DNA of 64,000 nt from an uncultured Bacteroidales bacterium (GCA_964649975.1 CAZYSM010000001.1:2987-66986), one strand, 5' to 3'; positions 1-10,120 are shown, counted from the stretch's first letter. Translations and numbers: made by a program. Notes: generated by a model from the letters alone, not told the origin.

Positions 1-1
1 G

Positions 2-469
2 TTAATCCTGTTTTTGTTTATAAGAATTAATAATTTCCCTGACCTTTTCCACAGTAAGGTCAGTATAGACTTCCTCGTTAATCATCATAGCCGGGGCATG
101 GTCACATTGTCCCAGGCAATTGGTTGTAAGCAAGGAAAACTTGCGGTCAAAGGTTGTTCCGCCCACTTTGATTTTCAGCAATTTTTCCAGCTCGTCAATA
201 ATCGGCTTATTATGCGCCTCACAGGTAAGAGACTTACAAACTCTAATTTTATACTTTCCACGTGGTTTAATATCCAGGAAAGCATAAAACGAGGCTACCC
301 CATAAACTTCGGTAGCTGACAAATCTAGTTCACGCGCCACCTCAATCATTGCTTGTGGCGTCAGATAACTCTCCCTGCGCACTATTTCTTGCAGAATAGG
401 CAGAAGAGAGGAACGTTTACGTCCGTATTTGTCCACTAACTGGCGGACAAGTGTTTTTGTCTCGGGCAT
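2..469 (-). CDS. NuoE/HndA-type thioredoxin-like [2Fe-2S] ferredoxin subunit (24-kDa subunit family of NADH dehydrogenase / NAD(P)-linked hydrogenase)
   Basis: 155-aa ORF with the NuoE-family Cys pattern CKSLTC...CLGQCDHAP. It is the first gene of a minus-strand unit that runs off the left edge. Confidence 0.8.
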   Translation of the reverse strand: MPETKTLVRQLVDKYGRKRSSLLPILQEIVRRESYLTPQAMIEVARELDLSATEVYGVASFYAFLDIKPRGKYKIRVCKSLTCEAHNKPIIDELEKLLKIKVGGTTFDRKFSLLTTNCLGQCDHAPAMMINEEVYTDLTVEKVREIINSYKQKQD

Positions 470-625
470 TGATCTGATTTTATTTATTTTTTCATAAAAT
501 TAGCCCGTAATGAAATGGCCTTCTATGATAATTTTTAGCTAAGGATATGATTTTTGTCAGCACATTCTCCCATAAGGCAAAACATAAATTAGCTTAAAGA
601 AATTTTTTTATCAGTTTTTTATATT

Positions 626-633
626 TAGCTTTG
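626..633 (+). promoter_or_regulatory. Bacteroidota -7 promoter box TAGCTTTG (TAnnTTTG) upstream of nusB
   Basis: Perfect TAnnTTTG match. The box G is 32 nt upstream of the ATG at 665. Confidence 0.6.
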
Positions 634-664
634 CACGTGGAAAACTTTATAGATAATAAGATCT

Positions 665-1615
665 ATGATAAGCCGAAGACTTATCCGCATTAAGGTTCTG
701 CAAACTTTTTATTCGTATCGCCTGGAAGGATGTAAAAGCGTTAGCGAAGCGGAAAAACAACTTTTTGAAAGTATTGACCGCGTCTATGGCCTGTTTTTTT
801 ATCTCACCTCATTGTTAATAGAAATTTTTGATTTTGCCCGCTGGAAATTGGAGCAAGGGAAATACAAATTGCTTCCCACAGAAGAAGACTTAAACCCCAA
901 CACCAAATTCATTGATAATCAAATAATTCAACAATTAAGAGAAAATTTACAATATAACGAAGGGATAAAAAAGATTGCATACAAGTGGAACGACGAAGCC
1001 GACAGAGAGCTGGTAAAACGCCTCTATGAACAAATCAAAAAGTCGGATTTTTACAAGGAATATATGGCCAATGAACAAAGGAGCTATCAGGAAGACAAAA
1101 AAATGCTTCTCTTTATCATTGAAAAAATATTGCTTTATAACGAGGACATCAATGATAATCTGGAAGAAAAGAGTATTTTCTGGGCTGATAGTGTGGATTA
1201 CGGCTGGGTAGTGCTGCATAAAGTAATCAGCAAATACTCCATAGGGGATGATATGCGTAAAAGCCTTTTTGTTAAGTTCCGCAGTGACGAAGACAGTATT
1301 TTTGCAAGAGAGCTTCTGACCAAAAGCCTGATGCGCCAGGCGCAATACATCCAAATCCTTGAGGACCATATTGCTAACTGGGATATTAGCCGCCTGGCCC
1401 AGACAGATATTATAATTTTAGTTTTGGCATTGCACGAAATTTTGTATTTTGAGGAAGTTCCTGTAAAAGTAACTATGGACGAATACATTGAAATTGCAAA
1501 ACACTACAGCACAGCTAAAAGTCCGGCTTTTATCAACGGTATTCTGGATAAAATAGTAAAAAAATTCCGTGAAGAAAATCTTATTACCAAAACAGGAAAA
1601 GGCCTTATAGAATGA
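665..1615 (+). CDS. nusB: Transcription antitermination factor NusB, long Bacteroidota form
   Basis: NusB-like N-terminus (RRLIRIKVLQTFYS) and C-terminal core (DRxA-like ISRLAQTDIIILVLALHEILYF...SPAFINGILDKI). At 316 aa it is about twice the 139-aa E. coli protein. Confidence 0.8.
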   Translation: MISRRLIRIKVLQTFYSYRLEGCKSVSEAEKQLFESIDRVYGLFFYLTSLLIEIFDFARWKLEQGKYKLLPTEEDLNPNTKFIDNQIIQQLRENLQYNEGIKKIAYKWNDEADRELVKRLYEQIKKSDFYKEYMANEQRSYQEDKKMLLFIIEKILLYNEDINDNLEEKSIFWADSVDYGWVVLHKVISKYSIGDDMRKSLFVKFRSDEDSIFARELLTKSLMRQAQYIQILEDHIANWDISRLAQTDIIILVLALHEILYFEEVPVKVTMDEYIEIAKHYSTAKSPAFINGILDKIVKKFREENLITKTGKGLIE

Positions 1616-2022
1616 AAAAATTAGCCTTTTATATAATACTCCTCGGGATAATTGCTGGGTGCAATGGTAACAGAACCAGTCACAAATATCAAAGCAAAGG
1701 ATATTTTACAGGCAAACCAGTAATTAGACTTGACAAAACAGATATTGATTTCGGACAAATCTCTGAAGGCGAAGAAGTAATGGTCCCCTTCACCATAAAA
1801 AACAGTGGTGACGCTCCGTTAATAATATATAAAGTGGAAACCAGCTGCGGTTGTACAGCCAGCGACTATCCTCACGAACCTATCCGGCCAGGCCAACAGG
1901 CTGAAATAAAACTAATATTCAATTCCGCAGGCTATAGCGGATATCAAATAAAAACAGCAAAATTATATACCAATAGCAAGGACAGTATAATCACCCTGAC
2001 AATACACGGTATTGTTAAATAA
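1612..2022 (+). CDS. DUF1573 domain lipoprotein
   Basis: Lipobox IIAGC. Contains the DUF1573 pattern DFGQI...F.IKNSGDAPLII..V.TSCGCT. Its start overlaps the nusB stop (ATGA). Confidence 0.7.
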   Translation: MKKLAFYIILLGIIAGCNGNRTSHKYQSKGYFTGKPVIRLDKTDIDFGQISEGEEVMVPFTIKNSGDAPLIIYKVETSCGCTASDYPHEPIRPGQQAEIKLIFNSAGYSGYQIKTAKLYTNSKDSIITLTIHGIVK

Positions 2023-2054
2023 TTTCTAAAACCCAAACCAAAAACTTAAAAACT

Positions 2055-2369
2055 ATGACAAATTTCGTTTTTTTGCAGCAAGCAGCTGCTCAGCAAGGTA
2101 ACCCCTGGTCAATGCTTATATTCCTGGGACTTTTGTTTGTTATCATGTGGTTGTTCATGATACGTCCGCAGGCCAAGAAACAAAAGGAACTTCAGAAATT
2201 CCGTGAATCCCTCAAAGAAGGTGACCGTGTGGTAACCATAGGTGGTATTTACGGAAAAATAGCCCAGGTCAAGGACACCACTGTGGTTCTGGAAGTAGCT
2301 CCCAATGTCAAGATCAAATTTGACAAGACAGCTATCCTTAGGGACCATAGCGATCTGGAACAGAAGTAA
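2055..2369 (+). CDS. yajC: Preprotein translocase subunit YajC
   Basis: 104 aa with a single TM helix followed by RPQAKKQKE...LKEGDRVVTIGGIYGKI, the typical YajC pattern. Confidence 0.85.
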   Translation: MTNFVFLQQAAAQQGNPWSMLIFLGLLFVIMWLFMIRPQAKKQKELQKFRESLKEGDRVVTIGGIYGKIAQVKDTTVVLEVAPNVKIKFDKTAILRDHSDLEQK

Positions 2370-2391
2370 TAGCATTAAAAAACTCCTTATC

Positions 2392-2434
2392 AGCCGCTGT
2401 TTGTGAAAGTAGATTGACAAACAGCGGCTTTTTT
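2392..2434 (+). terminator. Rho-independent terminator after yajC
   Basis: 12-bp stem (agccgctgtttg 2392-2403 pairs with caaacagcggct 2418-2429) followed by a T-run. Confidence 0.8.
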
Positions 2435-2459
2435 ATTTCTTTCGGTTAAAACTTTTTGT

Positions 2460-2467
2460 TATTTTTG
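2460..2467 (+). promoter_or_regulatory. -7 promoter box TATTTTTG upstream of the OmpA-like gene
   Basis: Perfect TAnnTTTG match, 25 nt upstream of the ATG at 2492. Confidence 0.55.
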
Positions 2468-2491
2468 TAAAAAATATTAAACTTTTCCACA

Positions 2492-3274
2492 ATGACAGAA
2501 AAAAGTGCTTCTGTAGCCTGGCTGAAATTTCTGGCCTTATTCCTGATTATTTTCTCCATTCTGGCAGTTGGCCTGTTTCTGAAAAATCGTCAGGCATATA
2601 AAAAAGTGAAGATGACTCAGGACAGCCTGGAATACTATAAAAAACTCTATTTTGATCTGAAAAAAGACTATTCCGTTCTGGAAAGCAAATACAATCTTGC
2701 TTTACGTTCGGCACTGGAAGGCACCAAACTTATTGCAGAAAAACAACAACAGCTCATCAGTCTGCAGAGGGTATTATCCAAACAGGATTCAATTCTCCGT
2801 GCCGTAAAACAGGCTGTCAAAGAAGTATTGGTCGGCTATGACAATTCCATGCTCAAAATAGAGCAAAAAAACGGACGCCTTTATATTACTATGCGCAACA
2901 AACTGCTGTTCCCTTCAGGCAGCGACAAAGTGGAAGCCCGTGGTATAAGGGCGCTCGGACTACTGGCCGGGGTGTTAAAGAAAAATCCTAATCTGCAGAT
3001 TATTATTGAAGGACATACGGATAATGTACCAGTAAAAGCACGTACAAAATGCTGGAAGGACAATTGGGATCTGAGCGCTGCCCGTGCTATCTCTGTTGCC
3101 CGGATTTTAATTAACAGATACGGAGTTAATCCTCAGAACATTGAGATTGCCGGAAAAGCCGAATTTGATCCTGTGGCACCAAATTTGACAGCAAAAGGTA
3201 GATCGCTAAACCGCCGGATAGAAATTATTGTAACACCGGATCTGAGCGAACTCTACAAAATACTCAATGAATAA
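2492..3274 (+). CDS. OmpA/MotB-family peptidoglycan-binding protein with N-terminal TM helix and coiled coil
   Basis: The C-terminal OmpA-like domain carries IIIEGHTDNVP...WDLSAARAISVARIL...NRRIEIIV. Confidence 0.8.
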   Translation: MTEKSASVAWLKFLALFLIIFSILAVGLFLKNRQAYKKVKMTQDSLEYYKKLYFDLKKDYSVLESKYNLALRSALEGTKLIAEKQQQLISLQRVLSKQDSILRAVKQAVKEVLVGYDNSMLKIEQKNGRLYITMRNKLLFPSGSDKVEARGIRALGLLAGVLKKNPNLQIIIEGHTDNVPVKARTKCWKDNWDLSAARAISVARILINRYGVNPQNIEIAGKAEFDPVAPNLTAKGRSLNRRIEIIVTPDLSELYKILNE

Positions 3275-3276
3275 CT

Positions 3277-4734
3277 ATGAAAAGCAAAACATTCGTTTTA
3301 TTTATGCTTATACTTTCCTGGGCTATGACCACCATGGCCCAGGATTATATGTTTGACAAAAAAGGAAATTTACTTCCACGCTATCGTGACAAGTATGGCC
3401 TGCTCAAAGATGAGTATTTGCCTTCGGCCCGGGAATACAAAAACCTTGATTCTGCTCTAAAAAATCCAGGAAAAGTCTTTCGTCTCAATCTATCTAACCA
3501 GAACCTAAAACAAATACCTGAAGAGGTATTCCAGCTATACAACCTTCAAATGCTTGTACTCTCGGGAAATGAAATAACTGAAATACCTAATGGAATAACA
3601 CGCCTTACGCATCTACAATATTTGAGCCTCAACGACAATCTGATCAGAAAAATTAATCCCAAAATAAGCCAGCTGCAATTTCTGAAACTAATCAACCTGG
3701 AAACAAATCTTATAGATGAAATCCCAGATCAGATATGCAATCTCCCCATGCTGGAAAACCTATTGCTTGGCAGTAATAACATATCCTATTTACCAGAAAA
3801 CCTTGGAAATTTACACAAACTGAGCAACCTGTCCCTGTGGGGGAATAAATTAAATTCTTTACCACAATCATTCGGTAGCCTTACCTCACTAAAAACACTG
3901 GATTTATCGGAAAATTTACTTTCCTCACTACCCGAAAGTTTCTCTAATCTTAGATCCCTGATAATTCTAAACCTATCAGACAATAAGTTTGAGAAATTTC
4001 CAGAACCTGTCACTGGATTGAGTAATCTACTGTATCTAAATCTGTCAATGAATTTAATAACTTCCCTGCCAAAAGATATTGAAAATCTCAGGTCACTGAA
4101 AATCTTAGACCTATCAGATAATATCTTAAGATCTTTGCCCAGACAAATAGCCAATCTCCCAAATCTCTTTGAAATTAATCTGGCAGGAAACAAATTTGAA
4201 ACTTATCCCAAACCACTGCTTAATCTCATAATGATTAACAATATCAATCTATCACGCAACCAGCTGAAAGACATTCCTAAAAATATCAGCAGATACGTTG
4301 ATTTAAATGTTCTTGATCTTTCGTTCAATTATATCTCGTCTTTGCCTTACAGTTTTTGTGATCTGGTGAGCCTGGAAAAATTAAATTTAAGTCACAATCA
4401 AATTACGGATTTGCCTATATGTATGTATAAGCTTACCAATTTGCGTACTCTCAAACTGTCTCACAACTTTCTCTCGCGCTTGCCTGAGGTAATAACAGCT
4501 CTGGAAAACCTTAAAGAACTGGACGTAAGCGATAATTCTTTGTCCTCTCTGCCAGATATGACTTTAATGAAAAACCTTCGCATACTGGACATACGGAACA
4601 ATTCATTTACCCAAATGCCAGACTTGAACGGACTACCAAAACTATCAATACTGAGGATACGCGGTAATTTTATACCCAAAGACCAGATTGCCCATTTTGT
4701 CAGACAACATCCAGACATACAAATATCCTGGTAA
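3277..4734 (+). CDS. Secreted leucine-rich repeat (LRR) protein
   Basis: Signal peptide followed by 18 uninterrupted LxxLxxLxLxxNxLxxLPxxIxx repeats. Confidence 0.85.
   Translation: MKSKTFVLFMLILSWAMTTMAQDYMFDKKGNLLPRYRDKYGLLKDEYLPSAREYKNLDSALKNPGKVFRLNLSNQNLKQIPEEVFQLYNLQMLVLSGNEITEIPNGITRLTHLQYLSLNDNLIRKINPKISQLQFLKLINLETNLIDEIPDQICNLPMLENLLLGSNNISYLPENLGNLHKLSNLSLWGNKLNSLPQSFGSLTSLKTLDLSENLLSSLPESFSNLRSLIILNLSDNKFEKFPEPVTGLSNLLYLNLSMNLITSLPKDIENLRSLKILDLSDNILRSLPRQIANLPNLFEINLAGNKFETYPKPLLNLIMINNINLSRNQLKDIPKNISRYVDLNVLDLSFNYISSLPYSFCDLVSLEKLNLSHNQITDLPICMYKLTNLRTLKLSHNFLSRLPEVITALENLKELDVSDNSLSSLPDMTLMKNLRILDIRNNSFTQMPDLNGLPKLSILRIRGNFIPKDQIAHFVRQHPDIQISW
3478..4686 (+). repeat. In-frame tandem array of 18 LRR units (23 codons / 69 nt; two units have 22 codons)
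   Basis: Counted directly in the translation, from FRLNLSNQNLKQIPEEVFQLYNL to SILRIRGNFI. Confidence 0.85.
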
Positions 4735-5925
4735 TCATTTTATTATCCACGACATAGAAATAGGCAATGTCCATAAAGGACGCAAACTGTCACCACTTAT
4801 CCTGTAACCAGTAATGTTCTGTTCCCCCAGGGTAACAAGCAAAGAGTCGGAGAAATACATTTTTTGAGCATCCGCAGTGTAATATTTAACCAGGGAATAA
4901 GTTGAATCCTGTTTGAAAATTTTAATTCCGCGATCGCACACAAATAACAAGCTGTCCATAAAACGCACATCCAGCGGATAAGTCAATTTAATCACTGTGT
5001 CCAGCACAGCCCGGTCAAATTCACCCATATAATATATTTCCACCTGATTGTTCAATACCCAATAGAATGGGAAATAATGGAACGAAGCAGCCAGATAATA
5101 TCCAGCATCTGTATGCTTGAGGTCAAAATAAGTAGCAATATTAATTCCAGTATATTCATTTTTATACGAAAGATTGTCCGCAGCTTCAAAGGCATAAACC
5201 TCCAGATTAGCATTGCTGACAAACATTCCATAATCCGGTAATAAGCTCAATGCATAATTAAAATTATAATTAACTTTCTGCATAACAAGATAACGGGGTA
5301 GGCCTGCAGATATATCATAAACAACCAAACTGGCACCAACAAGGCCATAAAGATAATTTCCTTGAATAGCAAGCAAATAATTAGGTAACAATACGTTGTT
5401 AGTATCCTGGTCATAAGAAGGATTTTTAACCCAGGCCACAATCTCGGTACTATCAGGCCTCAAACCACGGACAAACTGTGGATTGGGCTGAAGGGCATCC
5501 GGGGGAATAAGCTCCGGAAAAACATCCCGCTGGCGGTCAATTACCTCTCCATCCGGAAAACTAATAGTTATCAAATCCACAGCGCTATTAGCATAAATCA
5601 AACTATCCTTGACCACAAAATCTATTATACCGGGCACAGCAACAAATGCATTGTTAGAAGGAGTCCCAGATACAGAGTTATCCAGGATGTGTATACCTTT
5701 ATATATCTCTCCCACAAAAATATGGTTCCCAGAAATAACTATCTTAAAAACAGAATCAATATCCTGTGGTGGCAAAAGCTTTACCCCATTTTCCAGATCG
5801 GAACGTGACATCAAAAGTGGTTTGTAAGGCGAATAACCACTATCAGTATAATAACCTCTATCACAGAAAGAAAAGACAATCATCAAAAAAATCAGAAAAA
5901 TTAAACTTTTAAAACGATCTATCAT
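4735..5925 (-). CDS. Hypothetical secreted/lipoprotein, possibly an LVIVD-type beta-propeller repeat protein
   Basis: N-terminal hydrophobic segment ending FSFC. Recurrent strands resemble LVIVD repeats (KGIHILDNS, ASLVVYDIS). The family call is weak. Confidence 0.4.
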   Translation of the reverse strand: MIDRFKSLIFLIFLMIVFSFCDRGYYTDSGYSPYKPLLMSRSDLENGVKLLPPQDIDSVFKIVISGNHIFVGEIYKGIHILDNSVSGTPSNNAFVAVPGIIDFVVKDSLIYANSAVDLITISFPDGEVIDRQRDVFPELIPPDALQPNPQFVRGLRPDSTEIVAWVKNPSYDQDTNNVLLPNYLLAIQGNYLYGLVGASLVVYDISAGLPRYLVMQKVNYNFNYALSLLPDYGMFVSNANLEVYAFEAADNLSYKNEYTGINIATYFDLKHTDAGYYLAASFHYFPFYWVLNNQVEIYYMGEFDRAVLDTVIKLTYPLDVRFMDSLLFVCDRGIKIFKQDSTYSLVKYYTADAQKMYFSDSLLVTLGEQNITGYRISGDSLRPLWTLPISMSWIIK

Positions 5926-5983
5926 TTTTTGTTTAAATTAATTTTCGTATTTTGGTTTAATTACAAATTAAAAAAATAATCTT

Positions 5984-6805
5984 ATGAAGAAAAAACTTAC
6001 TGGTATTCTTATTTTAGTTGGTATTATAGCAATTATTGTAATTATCATTTTATTCTCAAGCATTATTACTATTCAACCAGGTGAACGCGGAGTTATTTTC
6101 CGCCCATGGACTACTGGTCTGGATAAAAATCATATTTACAGCGAAGGCGTGCATATCATAGCTCCGTGGAATCAAATGTATATATACGACGTACGCGAAC
6201 ATACCATTGACTTTGTGGGAGACAACACACTGGACGTTCTGGACAAAAACGGCCTTACAATTCATGTTGACGTAACTGTACGTTTCTATCCCAAATACGA
6301 TAAAATAGGTTATATTCACGAACAATTCGGGAAAAATTATATAAACAAGCTGGTGATTCCAGAAGTTAGAGCCGCTGTGCGTAAAGTTATGGGTAAATAT
6401 ACTGCCGAAGAAATCTATTCCACCAAGCGCCAGGAAGTAGAACAAGAAATAATAAACGAAACCGACAGTGTCCTAGAAGAGAATTATATACGCATGACAG
6501 CTTTATTAATACGTTCAATCAGAATTCCGGAAAACCTGAAAAAAGCTATTGAGACAAAACTTACCAAACAACAGGAAGCATTGGCTTATGACTATATAGT
6601 GGAAAAAGAAATGAAAGAAAAACAAAGAAAAATCATCCAGGCTCAGGGTATTGCCGAATACAACAAAATTATCAACGCCTCCATGACGGACAAGGTTCTC
6701 ACATACGAAAGCATACAGGCTACACTCAAATTAGCCGAGTCCGAAAATGCCAAGATAGTAATAATAGGCAATCCTAAAAACGGCTTGCCCGTAATTCTGC
6801 AGTAA
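5984..6805 (+). CDS. SPFH/band-7 (prohibitin/HflC-like) membrane protein
   Basis: N-terminal TM helix, then an SPFH-like core (ITIQPGERGVIFRPW...) and a C-terminal coiled coil. Confidence 0.85.
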   Translation: MKKKLTGILILVGIIAIIVIIILFSSIITIQPGERGVIFRPWTTGLDKNHIYSEGVHIIAPWNQMYIYDVREHTIDFVGDNTLDVLDKNGLTIHVDVTVRFYPKYDKIGYIHEQFGKNYINKLVIPEVRAAVRKVMGKYTAEEIYSTKRQEVEQEIINETDSVLEENYIRMTALLIRSIRIPENLKKAIETKLTKQQEALAYDYIVEKEMKEKQRKIIQAQGIAEYNKIINASMTDKVLTYESIQATLKLAESENAKIVIIGNPKNGLPVILQ

Positions 6806-6808
6806 AAA

Positions 6809-6839
6809 AGTAGCCGGGATTTTCTCGGCTACTTTTTTA
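6809..6839 (+). terminator. Rho-independent terminator after the SPFH gene
   Basis: Stem agtagccg (6809-6816) pairs with cggctact (6826-6833), followed by TTTTTT. Confidence 0.75.
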
Positions 6840-6913
6840 TAACATAAAAAAAATCTTTGAAAATTGCTATTGGTTTTTAAATTTTGCCAGCTTCAAAGAA
6901 AAATCTTCGGAAT

Positions 6914-8692
6914 ATGGACCCAAAAAACAAATGGCTGAGATTATTAGTTCAATGGCGTCTGAAACCGCAAGCCGACTATTACTTACTGGTAATATTGAGT
7001 ATTCTGGTGGGGTTTCTCAGCGGTATAGCAGCCGCCATAATCAAACACAGTGTTAAATTTATAGAAGACTTCCTGGATAAAGGTACGGCCGAGCACCTGA
7101 CCAACTACATGTACATCATCTATCCATTCATAGGTATTGCTCTGGCTGTAATTTTTATGGAATTCATACTCAGGCAAAAAGTCAATCACGGTATTCCATC
7201 AATTTTATATGCTATTTCAAAGGATAGCGGTTATATGAAACCGCATAATCTTTACTCCTCAATTATAACAAGTGCTTTTACCGTTGGTTTTGGTGGTTCA
7301 GTGGGTCTGGAAGGCCCGACTGTTGCTACAGGTGGCGGTATTGGTTCTACTCTGGGAACAATATTCAAGCTCAATTACAGAGAAAAAATAATCCTGCTGG
7401 GATCTGCTTCTGCTGGCGCTATGTCCGCCATATTCAAAGCACCAATGGCAGGCGTAGTCTTTGCCCTGGAAGTTATTATGATAGACCTTACCACTTATTC
7501 TATTATACCCATTTTGCTATCGTCTGTTACGGGATCTCTTACTTCCTTCCTTCTTCTGGGCACTAATGTATTGTATCCTTTTGAGCTCAAGGATATGTTC
7601 TATCTCAATCAAATACCTTATTTCATCCTCCTCGGCATTATCACTGGTCTGATAGCAGTATATTTCACCAAAATGTATATTAAGGTAGAAACATTTTTCC
7701 ACAAATTACCTACTCAATGGCATCGTCTGATAATAGGAGGAGCAATTCTGGGACTTCTGATATTCATTTTCCCGGCTCTTTACGGCGAAGGATATCATAC
7801 CATCAACTCTGCCCTGCATGGAGATTACTCTTATCTGTTCAATAACAGTATTTTTTACAAATTCCAGGGAAGTTTCTGGATTGTTGTTATACTATTGATT
7901 GCTCTGGTATTACTCAAAGTCATTGCCACTTCCACCACTTTTGGGGCAGGGGGAATAGGTGGTATTTTCGCTCCTACACTGTTCACTGGTGCCAATACCG
8001 GACTTATAATAGCGCTATTGTTCAATTATATGGGCTATGACATTTCACCGAGTAATTCAGCCCTGGTAGGCATGTCTGGAGCAATAGCGGGTGTGCTTCT
8101 GGCGCCACTTACTGGAATATTCCTCATTAGCGAAATAACACATGGCTATGAACTACTTTTTCCTTTGCTGATCACTTCCACCATATCCTATATTACAACA
8201 CGCCTGTTTATACAAAACAATGTTTATAGCCACCAGCTGGCCCAGCGAGGAGAGCTATTAACTCATAATGCCGACAAAAACATCCTTAACATATTAAAAA
8301 TAAATGACATAATTGAGACTGACTTCATCCCAGTATATCCCGAACAAACCCTGGGAGACCTGGTAAAAGCAGTAGCCGAATCGCACCGTAATTTATTCCC
8401 TGTCATAGATAAAGACGGCCATTTTCTGGGGGTAGTAAGCCTGGACCGCATCCGTAAAATAATGTTCAAGCCCGAACTCTACGATAAGATAAAAGTTAAA
8501 GATATTATGTTCATACCACCAGTGATGGCACGCACCACTGAAAAAGCTTCCACAATTGCCGAAAAACTGCAAAAACAGGGAATATTCAATATTGTCCTTG
8601 TGGATGAAAATAACAGGTATGTAGGATTTATTTCCAAAGCTAACTTGTTCAGTAAATACCGCTCATTGCTAAGAAGATTTTCAGCTGATTAA
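6914..8692 (+). CDS. ClC-family voltage-gated chloride channel with C-terminal CBS pair
   Basis: ClC selectivity motifs GSVGLEGP and GIFAP. The C-terminus has two CBS-like segments. The ORF-track TTG start at 6884 lies inside a promoter-like TAAATTTTG, so the ATG at 6914 is preferred. Confidence 0.9.
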   Translation: MDPKNKWLRLLVQWRLKPQADYYLLVILSILVGFLSGIAAAIIKHSVKFIEDFLDKGTAEHLTNYMYIIYPFIGIALAVIFMEFILRQKVNHGIPSILYAISKDSGYMKPHNLYSSIITSAFTVGFGGSVGLEGPTVATGGGIGSTLGTIFKLNYREKIILLGSASAGAMSAIFKAPMAGVVFALEVIMIDLTTYSIIPILLSSVTGSLTSFLLLGTNVLYPFELKDMFYLNQIPYFILLGIITGLIAVYFTKMYIKVETFFHKLPTQWHRLIIGGAILGLLIFIFPALYGEGYHTINSALHGDYSYLFNNSIFYKFQGSFWIVVILLIALVLLKVIATSTTFGAGGIGGIFAPTLFTGANTGLIIALLFNYMGYDISPSNSALVGMSGAIAGVLLAPLTGIFLISEITHGYELLFPLLITSTISYITTRLFIQNNVYSHQLAQRGELLTHNADKNILNILKINDIIETDFIPVYPEQTLGDLVKAVAESHRNLFPVIDKDGHFLGVVSLDRIRKIMFKPELYDKIKVKDIMFIPPVMARTTEKASTIAEKLQKQGIFNIVLVDENNRYVGFISKANLFSKYRSLLRRFSAD

Positions 8693-8756
8693 TTTCATTT
8701 TTTAATTAGAAAAACAAATTTATTTTTACATCAAAAATTTTTCAAACGTTTTCATT

Positions 8757-10097
8757 ATGGATAACAAAGTTGCAGAATTCATGAATTGGGTCTCATCCCG
8801 CAATCCAGGAGAAAAGGAATTTCTCCAGGCAGTACAAGAGGTTGCCGAAACCTTGATCCCCTTTATTGAGGAAAATCCTAAATACAAACAGGCCAGAATT
8901 CTGGAACGTCTGGTTGAACCCGAACGTACCATAGAGTTCCGTGTTACCTGGGTGGACGATAAAGGAGAAATACAGGTTAACCGCGGCTATCGTGTGGAAT
9001 TCAATAGTGCTATAGGTCCTTACAAAGGAGGATTACGTTTTCACCCCAGTGTTAGCTTGAGCACATTGAAGTTCCTGGGCTTTGAGCAGATTTTTAAAAA
9101 CAGCCTTACCACTCTGCCTATGGGTGGAGGCAAAGGAGGATCTGACTTTAACCCCAAAGGCAAGTCTGATGCAGAAATAATGCGCTTCTGCCAGGCTTTT
9201 ATGACTGAATTATACCGCCATATTGGCCCTGATGTGGATGTACCTGCCGGAGACATCGGCGTGGGCGCCCGCGAGATAGGTTATCTCTTTGGAATGTACA
9301 AAAAACTCAAGAACGAATTTACTGGTGTCCTAACAGGTAAGGGCCGCGAATGGGGTGGTAGTATCCTTCGTCCCGAGGCCACAGGATACGGTGTTGTTTA
9401 CTTTGCCGAGGCTATGCTTAACCGCATAGGTGAAAGCATCAAGGGCAAAACCGTAGCTGTCAGCGGATTTGGCAACGTTGCATGGGGCGTAGTCAAAAAA
9501 GTTAATCAGCTCGGCGGAAAAGTAGTCACGCTATCAGGTCCGGATGGATATATCTATGACCCTGACGGCATCAAAGACGAAAAAGTGGATTATATGCTTG
9601 AGCTACGTGCTTCCAATCAGGATATTGTGCGTCCTTATGCCGAGGAATTTGGTGTGGAGTTCTTCCCCGGACGTAAACCATGGGAACAAAAAGTGGATAT
9701 AGCTTTTCCGTGCGCTATACAAAACGAGCTGGACGAAAACGACGCCCGTCAGCTGGTCAATAACGGAGTGCTGGCCGTGGTAGAAGGCGCAAATATGCCA
9801 TGCACTATTGAAGCAATTAATGTTTTCCAGAATGCAAAAATTCTGTATGCTCCTGGTAAAGCTGCTAATGCTGGTGGTGTTGCCGTCTCCGGGCTGGAAA
9901 TGACACAAAATTCCATGCGCCTGCAATGGAGTGCCGAAGAAGTGGATAATATGCTCCACAGAATTATGAACCGCATACATCAGACATGTGTCACCTATGG
10001 CACCGACTCCGACGGATATATTAATTATGTCCGGGGTGCCAACATCGGAGGATTTGTAAAAGTAGCAGATGCTATGCTTGCCCAAGGTATTATCTAA
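8757..10097 (+). CDS. gdhA: NADP-specific glutamate dehydrogenase
   Basis: 446 aa with the Glu/Leu/Phe/Val dehydrogenase active-site motif LPMGGGKGGSDF and a GFGNVAWG Rossmann motif. Confidence 0.95.
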   Translation: MDNKVAEFMNWVSSRNPGEKEFLQAVQEVAETLIPFIEENPKYKQARILERLVEPERTIEFRVTWVDDKGEIQVNRGYRVEFNSAIGPYKGGLRFHPSVSLSTLKFLGFEQIFKNSLTTLPMGGGKGGSDFNPKGKSDAEIMRFCQAFMTELYRHIGPDVDVPAGDIGVGAREIGYLFGMYKKLKNEFTGVLTGKGREWGGSILRPEATGYGVVYFAEAMLNRIGESIKGKTVAVSGFGNVAWGVVKKVNQLGGKVVTLSGPDGYIYDPDGIKDEKVDYMLELRASNQDIVRPYAEEFGVEFFPGRKPWEQKVDIAFPCAIQNELDENDARQLVNNGVLAVVEGANMPCTIEAINVFQNAKILYAPGKAANAGGVAVSGLEMTQNSMRLQWSAEEVDNMLHRIMNRIHQTCVTYGTDSDGYINYVRGANIGGFVKVADAMLAQGII

Positions 10098-10120
10098 AAA
10101 TCCTTGGCTTAACAAAAAAA

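Noticed and set aside
3478-4686. A regular 69-nt periodicity that could be mistaken for a CRISPR-like or satellite repeat.
   Set aside because: The repeats are contiguous with no spacers, stay in one open reading frame and encode a canonical LRR consensus. They are degenerate at the DNA level.
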